DNA of 42,266 nt from a virus (IMGVR_UViG_3300025836_000013:1-42266), one strand, 5' to 3'. Counted from the stretch's first letter, positions 18,333 to 26,728 are shown. Numbers and translations: made by a program. The notes: generated from the letters alone by a model not told the origin.

Positions 18333-19919
18333 CTAACCCTCGTAAATGAATATCCCGGGATTGGCCACAACAGGTGCCGTTTCCAGGTGCCCATGCAGAG
18401 CGCACAGGGTCGCGATCACCAAGTCGATGTGAGCGCTATTCGTACGCTTCACGGGCTTGATGTTCTCTGCTTCATCCTGGACGATGCTGACGTTATCGAA
18501 ATTCCAGCGAAGGACCGGGTTGGTCGGAAGGTTGATCTTGCCAGAGAGGATAAGCCGCTGAAGTTCTTTCGTCACGGGCGATAGGGTTTTATAGCCCTGT
18601 CTAGCCTCAATCACGTTCCAGCCGTCACCTTGCATATCATTACTGAGCTGGCTAAAGTTCCACGGGTCGCCCACCAGGGTGTTGCACTTGGTGATCTCAC
18701 GCCGTTTCTCCAGATAGGCACGGATAAAGTCGTAGTCACACACGTTGCCTGGCGTAGTCTTGATGAAACCCTGCTTTACCCACAGGTCGTAGGGCACATG
18801 GTCGGCCCGCGCCCGCTGCAAGAGATTGTCCTCGGGAATGAAGGCCATTGGTATAACGTCCCACTTGCCATTCGGGTCCAGGGGGTCAGGAGCCCATACT
18901 TCGACGCAGCCTACTAAATCGACGGTCCGGGCAAGATCAAGGCCAACAAAGCCAATGCGTCCAACCGTCTTGACTTCGACTTCCTTCGGCGGGACACACT
19001 TGTCATAGAACGTCATGTCGAGCCAACGGACGGACTGTTGTGTCCACTGATCGAGGAACAGCCGGCGAAATGCGTTCTGCTTGGCTGGTACGTTGATGGC
19101 CTCGCGGCACTCGGAGGCAAGATACGATTCAGGCACCGTGACGCCCAGCGAGGGATTCGCTGCACGCCATACCTTCGGATCCGTCCAGTCATCGGTCGCA
19201 GCAGCTTCATAGATCATGACAAAGAACGTCGGGTCCTCCATTGCGCCCGCTGCGACATGTTTTGCATATTCGTAGGTCTGATAGCAGACTGATTCCTGGT
19301 CGTAGCCGGCTGTCGTGATCTCGATGGTCAAGGGTTGCTTGCGCGCGCCCGTTGCCGTCATGACCAGGTCAACCAGTTCCGGGTCGTCGAAGGCATAGAG
19401 TTCGTCGATAACCGTGCCGCTGATGTTATAGCCAGCCTTGGTCTTCGTCTCCGAGCTCAGCGAACGGAGCACCGAATGACTGCTCTCCTGGACAATGGAG
19501 GTCTTGAAGGAGGTCACGCGGTCAGCGAAAACGGGCGAGGTCTCGGCCATAATTCGGGCGCAGTCAAAGACGATATGCGCCTGTTCCCGATCATTTGCCA
19601 GAGTGTAGACCTGGGCGCCAGGTTCACCGTCAGCGAAAGCAAGTGAGAGCGCAAGCCCAGCCGCCAGCGTACTCTTCCCGTTCTTCCTAGGAATCTCAAT
19701 ATATGCCTTGCGGTACATCCGGAGCCCGGTTGCAATAGACTTCCACCCGAACAACTGACGCACGATGTACGCTTGCCAGTCCTGAAGAACGAACGGCTGG
19801 CCAGCCCATTGTCCTTGATACTGTCGAAGGAGTGAGAAGAAGTGAACACGGTAGTCGGCAGCTTCCTGATCGAAGTAGTAGACTTTCGTATCGATCTTGC
19901 TGACGTTGTTCGTGATCAT
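18333..19919 (-). CDS. terL: Terminase large subunit
   Basis: IPRKNGKS Walker A, VIDE Walker B, ITTAG, VGLDLA nuclease motif. Confidence 0.95.
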   Translation of the reverse strand: MITNNVSKIDTKVYYFDQEAADYRVHFFSLLRQYQGQWAGQPFVLQDWQAYIVRQLFGWKSIATGLRMYRKAYIEIPRKNGKSTLAAGLALSLAFADGEPGAQVYTLANDREQAHIVFDCARIMAETSPVFADRVTSFKTSIVQESSHSVLRSLSSETKTKAGYNISGTVIDELYAFDDPELVDLVMTATGARKQPLTIEITTAGYDQESVCYQTYEYAKHVAAGAMEDPTFFVMIYEAAATDDWTDPKVWRAANPSLGVTVPESYLASECREAINVPAKQNAFRRLFLDQWTQQSVRWLDMTFYDKCVPPKEVEVKTVGRIGFVGLDLARTVDLVGCVEVWAPDPLDPNGKWDVIPMAFIPEDNLLQRARADHVPYDLWVKQGFIKTTPGNVCDYDFIRAYLEKRREITKCNTLVGDPWNFSQLSNDMQGDGWNVIEARQGYKTLSPVTKELQRLILSGKINLPTNPVLRWNFDNVSIVQDEAENIKPVKRTNSAHIDLVIATLCALHGHLETAPVVANPGIFIYEG

Positions 19920-20428
19920 GCTTTCTTTTTAACCTCAGCGAGCAGCTGAGGAGGGATCCATTGAGGCGGCGTCAATTCGTCAGCCTGTTGCTGTTTGGGT
20001 GCACCAATAAGATGAACATTGCCACGATCAACGGGGTCAAACCCAAGTTTCGCTGCAGCCTGCATCATGGCGTCACGGCCTTGTTTAGCAAACGCTACCC
20101 AGGGCGAGAGCTGTTCGATACAGTATCCATGCTGACCCGTGACCGTTATCATTGGACCTTCTTTTGCTATATGTACTTCCCCGAGTTTCCATTGAGCCCA
20201 ACCCTGCGCGTACATACTGAGAACTGCCCGATCGACGGACGCTAATAGTCCTGGAGTCTTCCCCACGGCTTTCATGACCCGGCGAATTTCTGTCTTTGCC
20301 TCAGTTGACAAAAAGGCAGGGGTGCTGATCACAGAAACTGATGGCATTTTCAAATCATCATCGTTCAAGGGGTGCTTCCCTGGGTTGCCAGCAAGGCGTT
20401 TGATGGCGGTAGGCTTACGGCGACTCAT
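19916..20428 (-). CDS. terS: Terminase small subunit, P27 family
   Basis: RKPTAIKRLAGNPGKHPLN...LGFDPVDR; ATG 20428 after GGAGG. Confidence 0.9.
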   Translation of the reverse strand: MSRRKPTAIKRLAGNPGKHPLNDDDLKMPSVSVISTPAFLSTEAKTEIRRVMKAVGKTPGLLASVDRAVLSMYAQGWAQWKLGEVHIAKEGPMITVTGQHGYCIEQLSPWVAFAKQGRDAMMQAAAKLGFDPVDRGNVHLIGAPKQQQADELTPPQWIPPQLLAEVKKKA

Positions 20429-20459
20429 TTCACCCTCCGGGGGGTTGCTTGCACTGCGC

Positions 20460-20530
20460 ATGACTGCGCGTTGCCCACCGCCGGCTCTGAGGCGTTCACG
20501 TTCCAGCGATTTGACCCGCCCCTCCCACCA
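20460..20530. other. Probable cos region
   Basis: Intergenic gap between packaging HNH and terS, the usual cos position in HK97-like phages; exact cut site not determinable. Confidence 0.4.
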
Positions 20531-20608
20531 TGCATGAACACTGCGTCTACAGTCACAGGGTCGCGCCCTGGAACGCAGTCATAGAGAGCAGAACTCGATG
20601 TCTGCATG

Positions 20609-20980
20609 TCAGTCATCATGCGTGCCGCCCTTCTCAGGGTGCTTCTTGTTGTGGCATGGGTCACAGGACGATCGAAGGTTCGATTGTTCAAGAGCAAGGA
20701 GAGGGCAGTCTCTGAGTTCCTTGACGTGGTGTACCATCGTGGCAGGTATGACTCTGTCCTCAGCAAGGCAGTCCTCACATAAGGGATGTGCCGCAAGGTG
20801 CCACTCTCTTGCCTGTCTCCATGCCACGCTTTTGTAGAACTCATGCTCGAACTCGCCCTGTCTTGCCTTGTCGTACGCATGTGCTGTAGTCTGTTGATGA
20901 TCGACACAGTACGCTGATGAGGGCATAGCATAGTTGTGACATCCTGCCTTGCCACAGTAGCGATGTGCGGCATAGGGCAT
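20609..20980 (-). CDS. Terminase-associated HNH endonuclease (HK97 gp74-like)
   Basis: FYKSVAWRQAR...HPLCEDC...VHHV...NLRSSCDPCHNKKH upstream of terS. Confidence 0.9.
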   Translation of the reverse strand: MPYAAHRYCGKAGCHNYAMPSSAYCVDHQQTTAHAYDKARQGEFEHEFYKSVAWRQAREWHLAAHPLCEDCLAEDRVIPATMVHHVKELRDCPLLALEQSNLRSSCDPCHNKKHPEKGGTHDD

Positions 20981-20981
20981 G

Positions 20982-21191
20982 TCATCTGTCCTTGTACTTA
21001 AGGACTCTGATCATGAACCAGTAGATGAGTGAACTCACAGTCTTGGCTCTGACCTTGTACCTGACATTCATGCCGATACTACCTTCATCCTTACAGGTGC
21101 CTGTTGGCGTCATCACGACATGCACGTGGACCATACGATGAGTGTCTTTGTCATGTCCAGAGATAAGGAACGACGATCTGCCGAGTGTCAT
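20982..21191 (-). CDS. Hypothetical protein
   Basis: 69 aa ORF ending 2 nt before the HNH start. Confidence 0.5.
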   Translation of the reverse strand: MTLGRSSFLISGHDKDTHRMVHVHVVMTPTGTCKDEGSIGMNVRYKVRAKTVSSLIYWFMIRVLKYKDR

Positions 21192-21205
21192 GTCAGTCCC
21201 ATAGG

Positions 21206-21275
21206 TGAGAGCGGGGACTGCCCGGGAACGTTGCCCGACTTGGAGCTTAAGGCAGTCATGTGCATCCCGCTCTCA
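21206..21275 (-). ncRNA. Candidate structured RNA (nested stems)
   Basis: TGAGAGCGGG/CCCGCTCTCA 10-bp stem enclosing GACTGCC/GGCAGTC and an inner hairpin. Confidence 0.5.
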
Positions 21276-21286
21276 GTGAAGTTGTA

Positions 21287-21342
21287 GGAGCTATGGGAGT
21301 CGCACCCACATTGGTACCCAGACCAATTGCTGCTATCGCTCC
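21287..21342 (-). ncRNA. tRNA-like element lacking a D-arm
   Basis: GGAGCGA/TAGCTCC acceptor-like stem, ATTGGT/ACCAAT arm, TGGG-TGCGACT-CCCA T-arm-like hairpin. Confidence 0.4.
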
Positions 21343-21357
21343 ATGTGTAGATCATGT

Positions 21358-21576
21358 CTAGTACCCAGCCATCTTATAGAACCAAGTGGACAGTTGCATA
21401 CACGGGTGCTCCAGGTAGCCGGAGGTCGTGAGTCGAACACGACCATAGCGCAAGGTCAGCACATACGAAGGCCCTATCTCCGGCGTGAGCGATGACGTCA
21501 ATGCAGCAGGTGTGTGAAGGAGTTGCCCTTGCGGGTTGGGAGGAAACACGCCTGCTGTATTCACGTGACCAGTCAT
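21358..21576 (-). CDS. Hypothetical protein
   Basis: 72 aa ORF in operon orientation; no recognisable motif. Confidence 0.35.
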   Translation of the reverse strand: MTGHVNTAGVFPPNPQGQLLHTPAALTSSLTPEIGPSYVLTLRYGRVRLTTSGYLEHPCMQLSTWFYKMAGY

Positions 21577-21589
21577 GTCGATCGTGCGG

Positions 21590-21808
21590 TCAAGTGGCAT
21601 CATGGGCAATGACGAACGACGCATAGAGGGTGACGTGCTCACTGTGCTTGATCGTGGCGAGTTTGTTGATCTCTGCCAGCTGGCTTGCCGAGGCGACGAT
21701 GACAGCCTTGGTTTCGCCGTAGCGATCTGTCGTCGAGTGATCGAAGTAGCACTCGAAACAACAAAGGGCATCTGCGACGCGTTCTTGCTCTTTGGCTTTT
21801 CTAGACAT
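21590..21808 (-). CDS. Hypothetical protein
   Basis: MSRKAKEQ start overlaps the stop of the upstream leader ORF. Confidence 0.55.
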   Translation of the reverse strand: MSRKAKEQERVADALCCFECYFDHSTTDRYGETKAVIVASASQLAEINKLATIKHSEHVTLYASFVIAHDAT

Positions 21809-21905
21809 GCAGAAAACCCCCACGCTCTACGGGCGACAGCGGGCCGGACCGTATATACATGGGGGATCTGCTTTGCAGAACAAAAACCTCAGCATACTCG
21901 TTCAA
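21801..21905 (-). CDS. Putative 34-aa leader peptide (TTG start)
   Basis: GGGGG SD 5 nt before TTG; MNEYAEVFVLQSRSPMYIRSGPLSPVERGGFLHV; crosses the terminator hairpin. Confidence 0.45.
   Translation of the reverse strand: MNEYAEVFVLQSRSPMYIRSGPLSPVERGGFLHV
21813..21865 (-). terminator. Putative intrinsic terminator / attenuator in late leader
   Basis: CCCCCATG...CGTGGGGG stem followed by TTTT. Confidence 0.55.
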
Positions 21906-21911
21906 GTAGAC

Positions 21912-21927
21912 CCCCAAGTCTGCTAGT
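21912..21927 (-). promoter_or_regulatory. SD-overlapping repeat, site A
   Basis: ACTAGCAGACTTGGGG; 16/16 complementary to the 29914-29929 RNA. Confidence 0.85.
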
Positions 21928-21938
21928 GTTGCGCTTAC

Positions 21939-21967
21939 AGTCTAGGAGCGCACAGACGCATTGACAA
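21939..21967 (-). promoter_or_regulatory. Putative sigma70 late promoter
   Basis: TTGTCA-17 nt-TAGACT. Confidence 0.6.
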
Positions 21968-22508
21968 GTAATTCAGAATGCCCTATTGTCACGACCGGCC
22001 TTTTGCCAAAGCGTGACCCACAACGCGCGACGTACAGCGTCTTTGCACATACGGCCTCGGGGAAAGTCGGGTATACGCCAACATAGTGCTTCCCAACGCG
22101 CACCCGGAATTTCGACCCTGTTTTCCAGATGCCGGGCATGTCAGTCGGCGCGTACAAGACCTTTTGTTTTGGTTCCTGTTTTTGTTTTGGTACAGGTCCA
22201 GGACTCGGTTTTAGGTGCGTCCAGCAGGAGAACTTCACGATTGTCGCTTTCCTGCCGTCTTCCATTGGTTCCCGGTCGAGCTGGTACAGGAGGTCGTACT
22301 TGTGGCTCAATCCTCTGATAATGACGCCGGAAACCTCGACCTCGTTCTTCTCCTTGATCTGATCTCGGAGAGCGTGCACGGCATCACGTGCATTGCCTCC
22401 CTGACATTCCAGTACCACGAACCTCCCATGCTGTTCAACAGTCAGGAACCCTTGCACCTGTAATAAGGGTTCTGGATCCGTTTTACGTTCATGCCACTTT
22501 CCACCCAT
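21942..22508 (-). CDS. Protein with C-terminal AP2-like DNA-binding domain
   Basis: TDMPGIWKTGSKFRVRVGKHYVGVYPTFPEAVCAK; GGAGG RBS. Confidence 0.6.
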   Translation of the reverse strand: MGGKWHERKTDPEPLLQVQGFLTVEQHGRFVVLECQGGNARDAVHALRDQIKEKNEVEVSGVIIRGLSHKYDLLYQLDREPMEDGRKATIVKFSCWTHLKPSPGPVPKQKQEPKQKVLYAPTDMPGIWKTGSKFRVRVGKHYVGVYPTFPEAVCAKTLYVARCGSRFGKRPVVTIGHSELLVNASVRS

Positions 22509-22622
22509 GCCTGCCTCCATCGTTTCACTGTGCACGTACCTTTTCTATGGAAGAATCCCTCGCCCGATTTCATAGCCCGCTTTGCCTTGGTTGGGTTGGG
22601 GATGATGAACTATTCTAAAGTC

Positions 22623-23222
22623 TCAGTCAAATGGCAGGGCGTCGTCAAGAACATCGGCGGTCAGTCCGGCATAGGCCAAGGCAAGGGCGTTTATCTGTTC
22701 CATGCCGAGCCCGGTGTTGTGATCGTGACTCACGCTTTGGTGCAGGGTATGAGGAATGAACACCCCGTGGTCTATGTCCAAATGGTGAAAATCGCTGCCG
22801 GGGAAGGATTGATTCAGGGGCAAGAAGCCTAACTCACGGCGCTTGGCCTTGTGCTTGGCATTGAATACTCGTTTTCCGCCTTTCCAGTTATTATTCAACG
22901 GCCCCGTTTGTCCTACAGACATCTTCGCCCGAGTCGCATCAGATTTCGGCTTTGACATTTTTGCCCGCGTTGCATCAGATTTCGGTTTTCCCGTCTGCGC
23001 AGCAGACATCTTTGCCTTGGTTTCTTCCGAATGATGATGCCCAAGGCACTGAGTATTCCCCATTTTGGCGACAGACATCTTTGCGCGCGTTTCGGAAGAA
23101 CACTTACGTCTGGTCTGCGATATAGACATCCTTGCTCGTGTCTCGGATAACACCATATGCCCCAAACATGCCGCTGATAATTTTGCTCGCTGTTCATCGG
23201 TCATATGCTGTCCCTTTCTCAT
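22623..23222 (-). CDS. NUMOD3-repeat homing endonuclease (third member of 9049/16173 family)
   Basis: HHSEETKAKMS, tandem KPKSDATRAKMS, WKGG, GFLPLN...FHHLD...LHQSVSH. Confidence 0.8.
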   Translation of the reverse strand: MRKGQHMTDEQRAKLSAACLGHMVLSETRARMSISQTRRKCSSETRAKMSVAKMGNTQCLGHHHSEETKAKMSAAQTGKPKSDATRAKMSKPKSDATRAKMSVGQTGPLNNNWKGGKRVFNAKHKAKRRELGFLPLNQSFPGSDFHHLDIDHGVFIPHTLHQSVSHDHNTGLGMEQINALALAYAGLTADVLDDALPFD

Positions 23223-24394
23223 GCCTCTACCTCTGCTCCGACGTACTCCTTGCATTTCATTCGTGGCCCGTCACACCGGATTGGTCCAGGGCAGTCCTCA
23301 CAGCGCTCTCCGATCAGCTGGCACTTGAAGCACAGACAGCCGTTCTCTAGGCAGTGCTGTTCTTTGCCTTCTTCTGTCCTGAAGTCAGGGCAGTTGCCGA
23401 TCTTGCCGCCATGCTTCAGACAGTGCTCGTAGCCTTTGCAATCATGGCAACTCTTGCCGCGGTTGGCACAGACCTGGCAGAGACAGTCGGAACAATCCCA
23501 TAACATCTTACCGTCGGAGTACCACTTGCCGTCCAGGAGGACAGCCATTGGCTCTTTCGTGGATTCGATGGGCTCTGACAGATCTGGTTCGATCGTCCTT
23601 CCAAGAGATTCTAGCGCCTGGCAGCAGCGCCAAACGCCATTGATCGCATCCCAGCCATCGATGTAGTACCCTTTGCCATAGCAGCCACGTTTCAGATGCT
23701 TGTATCCATGCAGTGGGCAGCGGTAGAATCCTTTGATGCCCAGCAGATCATAGCCGCCAGTCTCCATGACCATCACTGCCGGCTTTGGCTTCTTCGCCTT
23801 GGCGGGCTTCGGGAAAGGCTGAGTGAGAGGAACGAAGTTGTCATCGCAGATCACGCCGTCCACGGTCACGACGTTGTCGATGATACTGATGTTGCGCCAT
23901 TTGCCGTCCAGTTGCACGGCACTGGGTTCCTCGGTTGGCTTCTTTGTAGGTTCAATAGGATTCAGATCGCATCGAACCCTGGGCGCCCAGACCAACTCTT
24001 TGCGGAGATCGCAGACGTGATCGCATTTCTTGCAGGCAGCCTCCGACATCCACGGGATAGGCCCGCTATAGTCAAGACAGCCAGTTATGCTGATAGGCCG
24101 ATTGCACAAGCGGTAACGAACCCCGCCCCGCTGTCCCATCTCAGGGCCGTCCTTGCATTCTTGGTAACGGTCGCAGGCCATACACATGCAATTGGCGCAA
24201 GCAGGGAACTTACCCTTTACGCAACGAAGGAGGTAATAGACCTTGCTGCTCTTGTCGAGAGCCTCCGTTTCGCAGGTTTCGTACTGTGGACAGTCCTGAT
24301 GACAAACGCAACGATCAGAGAGGACCTTGACCTGGTCAATAGGCTCAGGGAATAGACTGCCCTCCCAGCCGGATACTTCGGGACCGCGTCTCAT
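23219..24394 (-). CDS. Cys-rich, probably multi-zinc-binding protein
   Basis: 391 aa with many CxxC/CxCxxC clusters; ATGA coupling on both sides. Confidence 0.7.
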   Translation of the reverse strand: MRRGPEVSGWEGSLFPEPIDQVKVLSDRCVCHQDCPQYETCETEALDKSSKVYYLLRCVKGKFPACANCMCMACDRYQECKDGPEMGQRGGVRYRLCNRPISITGCLDYSGPIPWMSEAACKKCDHVCDLRKELVWAPRVRCDLNPIEPTKKPTEEPSAVQLDGKWRNISIIDNVVTVDGVICDDNFVPLTQPFPKPAKAKKPKPAVMVMETGGYDLLGIKGFYRCPLHGYKHLKRGCYGKGYYIDGWDAINGVWRCCQALESLGRTIEPDLSEPIESTKEPMAVLLDGKWYSDGKMLWDCSDCLCQVCANRGKSCHDCKGYEHCLKHGGKIGNCPDFRTEEGKEQHCLENGCLCFKCQLIGERCEDCPGPIRCDGPRMKCKEYVGAEVEA

Positions 24395-24687
24395 GGTGTC
24401 GCCTTCAACAAGTCCGTGACGTCTCGAATGATGACGGCGTTCGGCTCGAGATAACCATCTGCATCCTTGCGCTCATTCCAATGACTGAACATGTACATCC
24501 GACCGTCTTTGACAAAGACCCGCTCAGCACACCACACACTGATTTTCTCAATCTGGTACAGCTTGTCAGCCTGCTTCGGCGTTGTCTCCACTTCGATATA
24601 TCCGGCATTGCTGAGGACACTGTTGACCGTACATTCGCCATGCCGGAGAACAGAAACGAGCTCAGAGGCAAATAACTCGTCACTCAT
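24391..24687 (-). CDS. Hypothetical protein
   Basis: 98 aa; ATGA overlaps on both sides. Confidence 0.65.
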   Translation of the reverse strand: MSDELFASELVSVLRHGECTVNSVLSNAGYIEVETTPKQADKLYQIEKISVWCAERVFVKDGRMYMFSHWNERKDADGYLEPNAVIIRDVTDLLKATP

Positions 24688-25322
24688 GGCGTCACCCGTG
24701 GGATGTACAAGACCTCCACGCGCACGTTGCGTCTGCGGCCTTTTGTTTTATCGTGGCACTTCTTACACAGCGTCTTTCCATTATCAACGTCAAAGCGTTC
24801 ATCGGGGTAATCTGCAAACCCATGGACGTGATGTGCTTCAAAGATGACTGCATGACCGTTACCACTATGCTCTCCACACTCTTGGCAGGTATAGTCATCG
24901 CGCTTGAAAACAGCATCACGCCAAACTAGATATTTGGGGCTGCTGCGAGCAATGTGGTTCTCAGACATCGTTCCGCCTTTCCATGCAGGATTCCGTTCAC
25001 GTTTCACATCTGCATGATTAGCAGAAAGAACGGTGCGCGCTTCAGGCGACCACGGAATACCTTTATTCCAAGGAACACGACCGACACAATGCTTGTTTCC
25101 CATCCTTGATGCATAACAACATTCAGGACTGCAATACTGGCGCTGTCTATTGCGAGAGAAAAACGCCTTACCACACTGACGACAGATGTGTTCTTCGTTT
25201 ATGGTAGGGTCAAGGTGCGAGGCAGACATCTTGAGCCGAGCCTCAACAGATACCGCATGTCCCATGTGTACCAAAGAATCTATTGACCGCTGTTCGTCCG
25301 ACATGTGCTGTCCGAGTTTCAT
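24684..25322 (-). CDS. NUMOD3-type / zinc-finger HNH homing endonuclease (paralog of 12070-12645)
   Basis: CRQCGK...YCSPEC, WKGG, VFKRDDYTCQECG...AHHV...NGKTLCKKCH. Confidence 0.88.
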   Translation of the reverse strand: MKLGQHMSDEQRSIDSLVHMGHAVSVEARLKMSASHLDPTINEEHICRQCGKAFFSRNRQRQYCSPECCYASRMGNKHCVGRVPWNKGIPWSPEARTVLSANHADVKRERNPAWKGGTMSENHIARSSPKYLVWRDAVFKRDDYTCQECGEHSGNGHAVIFEAHHVHGFADYPDERFDVDNGKTLCKKCHDKTKGRRRNVRVEVLYIPRVTP

Positions 25323-25471
25323 TGACTTTCACCTGACCTTTCTTGACCGTCTGAGATGGTGGTGGCAACGGGGTCAAGTCCGTATTCGCGCGGGTTATAG
25401 GGCCGCACTAGCCACCATTGAATTATATCACAAAGGGCACACGAATCAAGCGGAAACAGGGGTGCCATCAT
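25319..25471 (-). CDS. Small hypothetical protein
   Basis: 50 aa; ATGA-coupled on both sides. Confidence 0.45.
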   Translation of the reverse strand: MMAPLFPLDSCALCDIIQWWLVRPYNPREYGLDPVATTISDGQERSGESQ

Positions 25472-25989
25472 TTCGCCTTCGGGATATACAACACCTGGAC
25501 TTCGACATTCTTTCTGCGTCCCCATTGCCGCGCGGCTTCAGTCGACCACAGGAACACGTCCAGTTTCAACCCCTTAATGGCCGAACCGGTATCGGTTATT
25601 TCGCAGACGTCTCCGTTGTTGTACCCGTGCACGATGACCAGCGAACCGAACGGCAGAATCCGCACATCTGCGGCGATACCGCCGACTCTCACTCGCTGTC
25701 CAGAGGCAGTCATAAGAGGGTTCCCATCGCACTCTGCTACCGTCGGACTGTAACATGAAACCTCCATGAACAGGACCTTGATAGGTTCTGAGTACCTTGT
25801 CGTGACCTTCTCGAGGGGAAGGGCAGGAGGCAGCCGGCGAGCTGAACGGAAGTTGACGATGTCCCCGGCAGTTGCCTGACTAGGTGCCAGGAGTGAGAAC
25901 ATCATGACCAGCAACAGGGCAAGCGCCACGACGAGCAAGATGATGGTGACCTGGCTGTAGTCGACGCGGCGTGAATGTCCCCACTTCAT
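25468..25989 (-). CDS. Membrane-anchored 3D-domain protein (lytic-transglycosylase-like)
   Basis: N-terminal TM; TASG...IAADVRILPFGS...DTGSAIKGLKLDVF...ARQWGRR. Confidence 0.88.
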   Translation of the reverse strand: MKWGHSRRVDYSQVTIILLVVALALLLVMMFSLLAPSQATAGDIVNFRSARRLPPALPLEKVTTRYSEPIKVLFMEVSCYSPTVAECDGNPLMTASGQRVRVGGIAADVRILPFGSLVIVHGYNNGDVCEITDTGSAIKGLKLDVFLWSTEAARQWGRRKNVEVQVLYIPKAK

Positions 25990-26135
25990 TTCTTCGCCTT
26001 CGCCTTCTTGGCTTTCTTGCGGGACTTCAACTTGAGATGCTTAAGGCCCTTGGCAACTTGTGCAGCCGAGAGCCCTTCCCGCCAGAACCTCATGTAGGGA
26101 GGCTCGTAGGGCCTGAGCTGATCTCCGGAAGTCAT
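25986..26135 (-). CDS. Small basic protein (49 aa, not in ORF track)
   Basis: MTSGDQLRPYEPPYMRFWREG...KKAKKAKAKK; ATGA overlaps on both sides. Confidence 0.6.
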   Translation of the reverse strand: MTSGDQLRPYEPPYMRFWREGLSAAQVAKGLKHLKLKSRKKAKKAKAKK

Positions 26136-26644
26136 GTCTTGCTCCATGTGTGCCCGGTGAGGACGCGATACTCGGCTTTGAGACGTGCGTTCTCGGACTC
26201 GTAGAAGGCCTGCCGATCATGGAGCAGCGCTATGGACTCAGCCCACAGTTGGTCGAGCTCGCCTTCGCCAAGTTGCGCGCCCGCCCAGACAAGCTGCTCC
26301 TTGCGACTCAGACGCTCCCACCAGCCGTGATGACAGTCCGAACACAGTAAGACAGCATTGCGCGAATTCCAGCGTGTGCCGAGGAGTTCCCGGACGAAGA
26401 TATGGGACCACTGGGCGTTGCGTCCTTCGACATGCTGATGGCAATGACGACAGACCATGCCGTCCCGGAAGCGAACGATGTCGCCACAGATCTTGTCGTT
26501 CTGATTTCGTAGGGCCACAAGACCGTACCTGCGTATCCGCGCAGCAACGACTCCCCTGTTGACCCCTAACGTTTCGACGCCCCCCTCAGAGCTTCGAGAA
26601 CTTTTCCGACGTAATGGTGTTCGACGTAACTCCGTTCTTGTCAT
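26132..26644 (-). CDS. NinG/Rap-like HNH nuclease
   Basis: IVRFRDGMVCRHC...SHIFVR...TRWNSRNAVLLCSDCH. Confidence 0.75.
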   Translation of the reverse strand: MTRTELRRTPLRRKSSRSSEGGVETLGVNRGVVAARIRRYGLVALRNQNDKICGDIVRFRDGMVCRHCHQHVEGRNAQWSHIFVRELLGTRWNSRNAVLLCSDCHHGWWERLSRKEQLVWAGAQLGEGELDQLWAESIALLHDRQAFYESENARLKAEYRVLTGHTWSKT

Positions 26645-26653
26645 CTGAGACCT

Positions 26654-26665
26654 CCAAGTCTGCTA
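26654..26665 (-). promoter_or_regulatory. SD-overlapping repeat, site B
   Basis: TAGCAGACTTGG(AGG) upstream of ATG 26644. Confidence 0.8.
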
Positions 26666-26728
26666 TTTTTGATGCTATACCCCTACTGGTATGCGACGCT
26701 CAACAATGCGTCGTTCCTCACTTTCCTA

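Noticed and set aside
19282-19290. TAGCAGACT in antisense orientation inside terL
   Set aside because: Short, coding, lacks the C-rich seed; likely chance
21287-21342. Functional tRNA gene
   Set aside because: No D-arm, 6-nt central loop, no CCA; kept only as tRNA-like
26674-26703. Promoter TTGAGC-18-TATAGC upstream of site B
   Set aside because: Weak match at both boxes with a long spacer; not supportable without data
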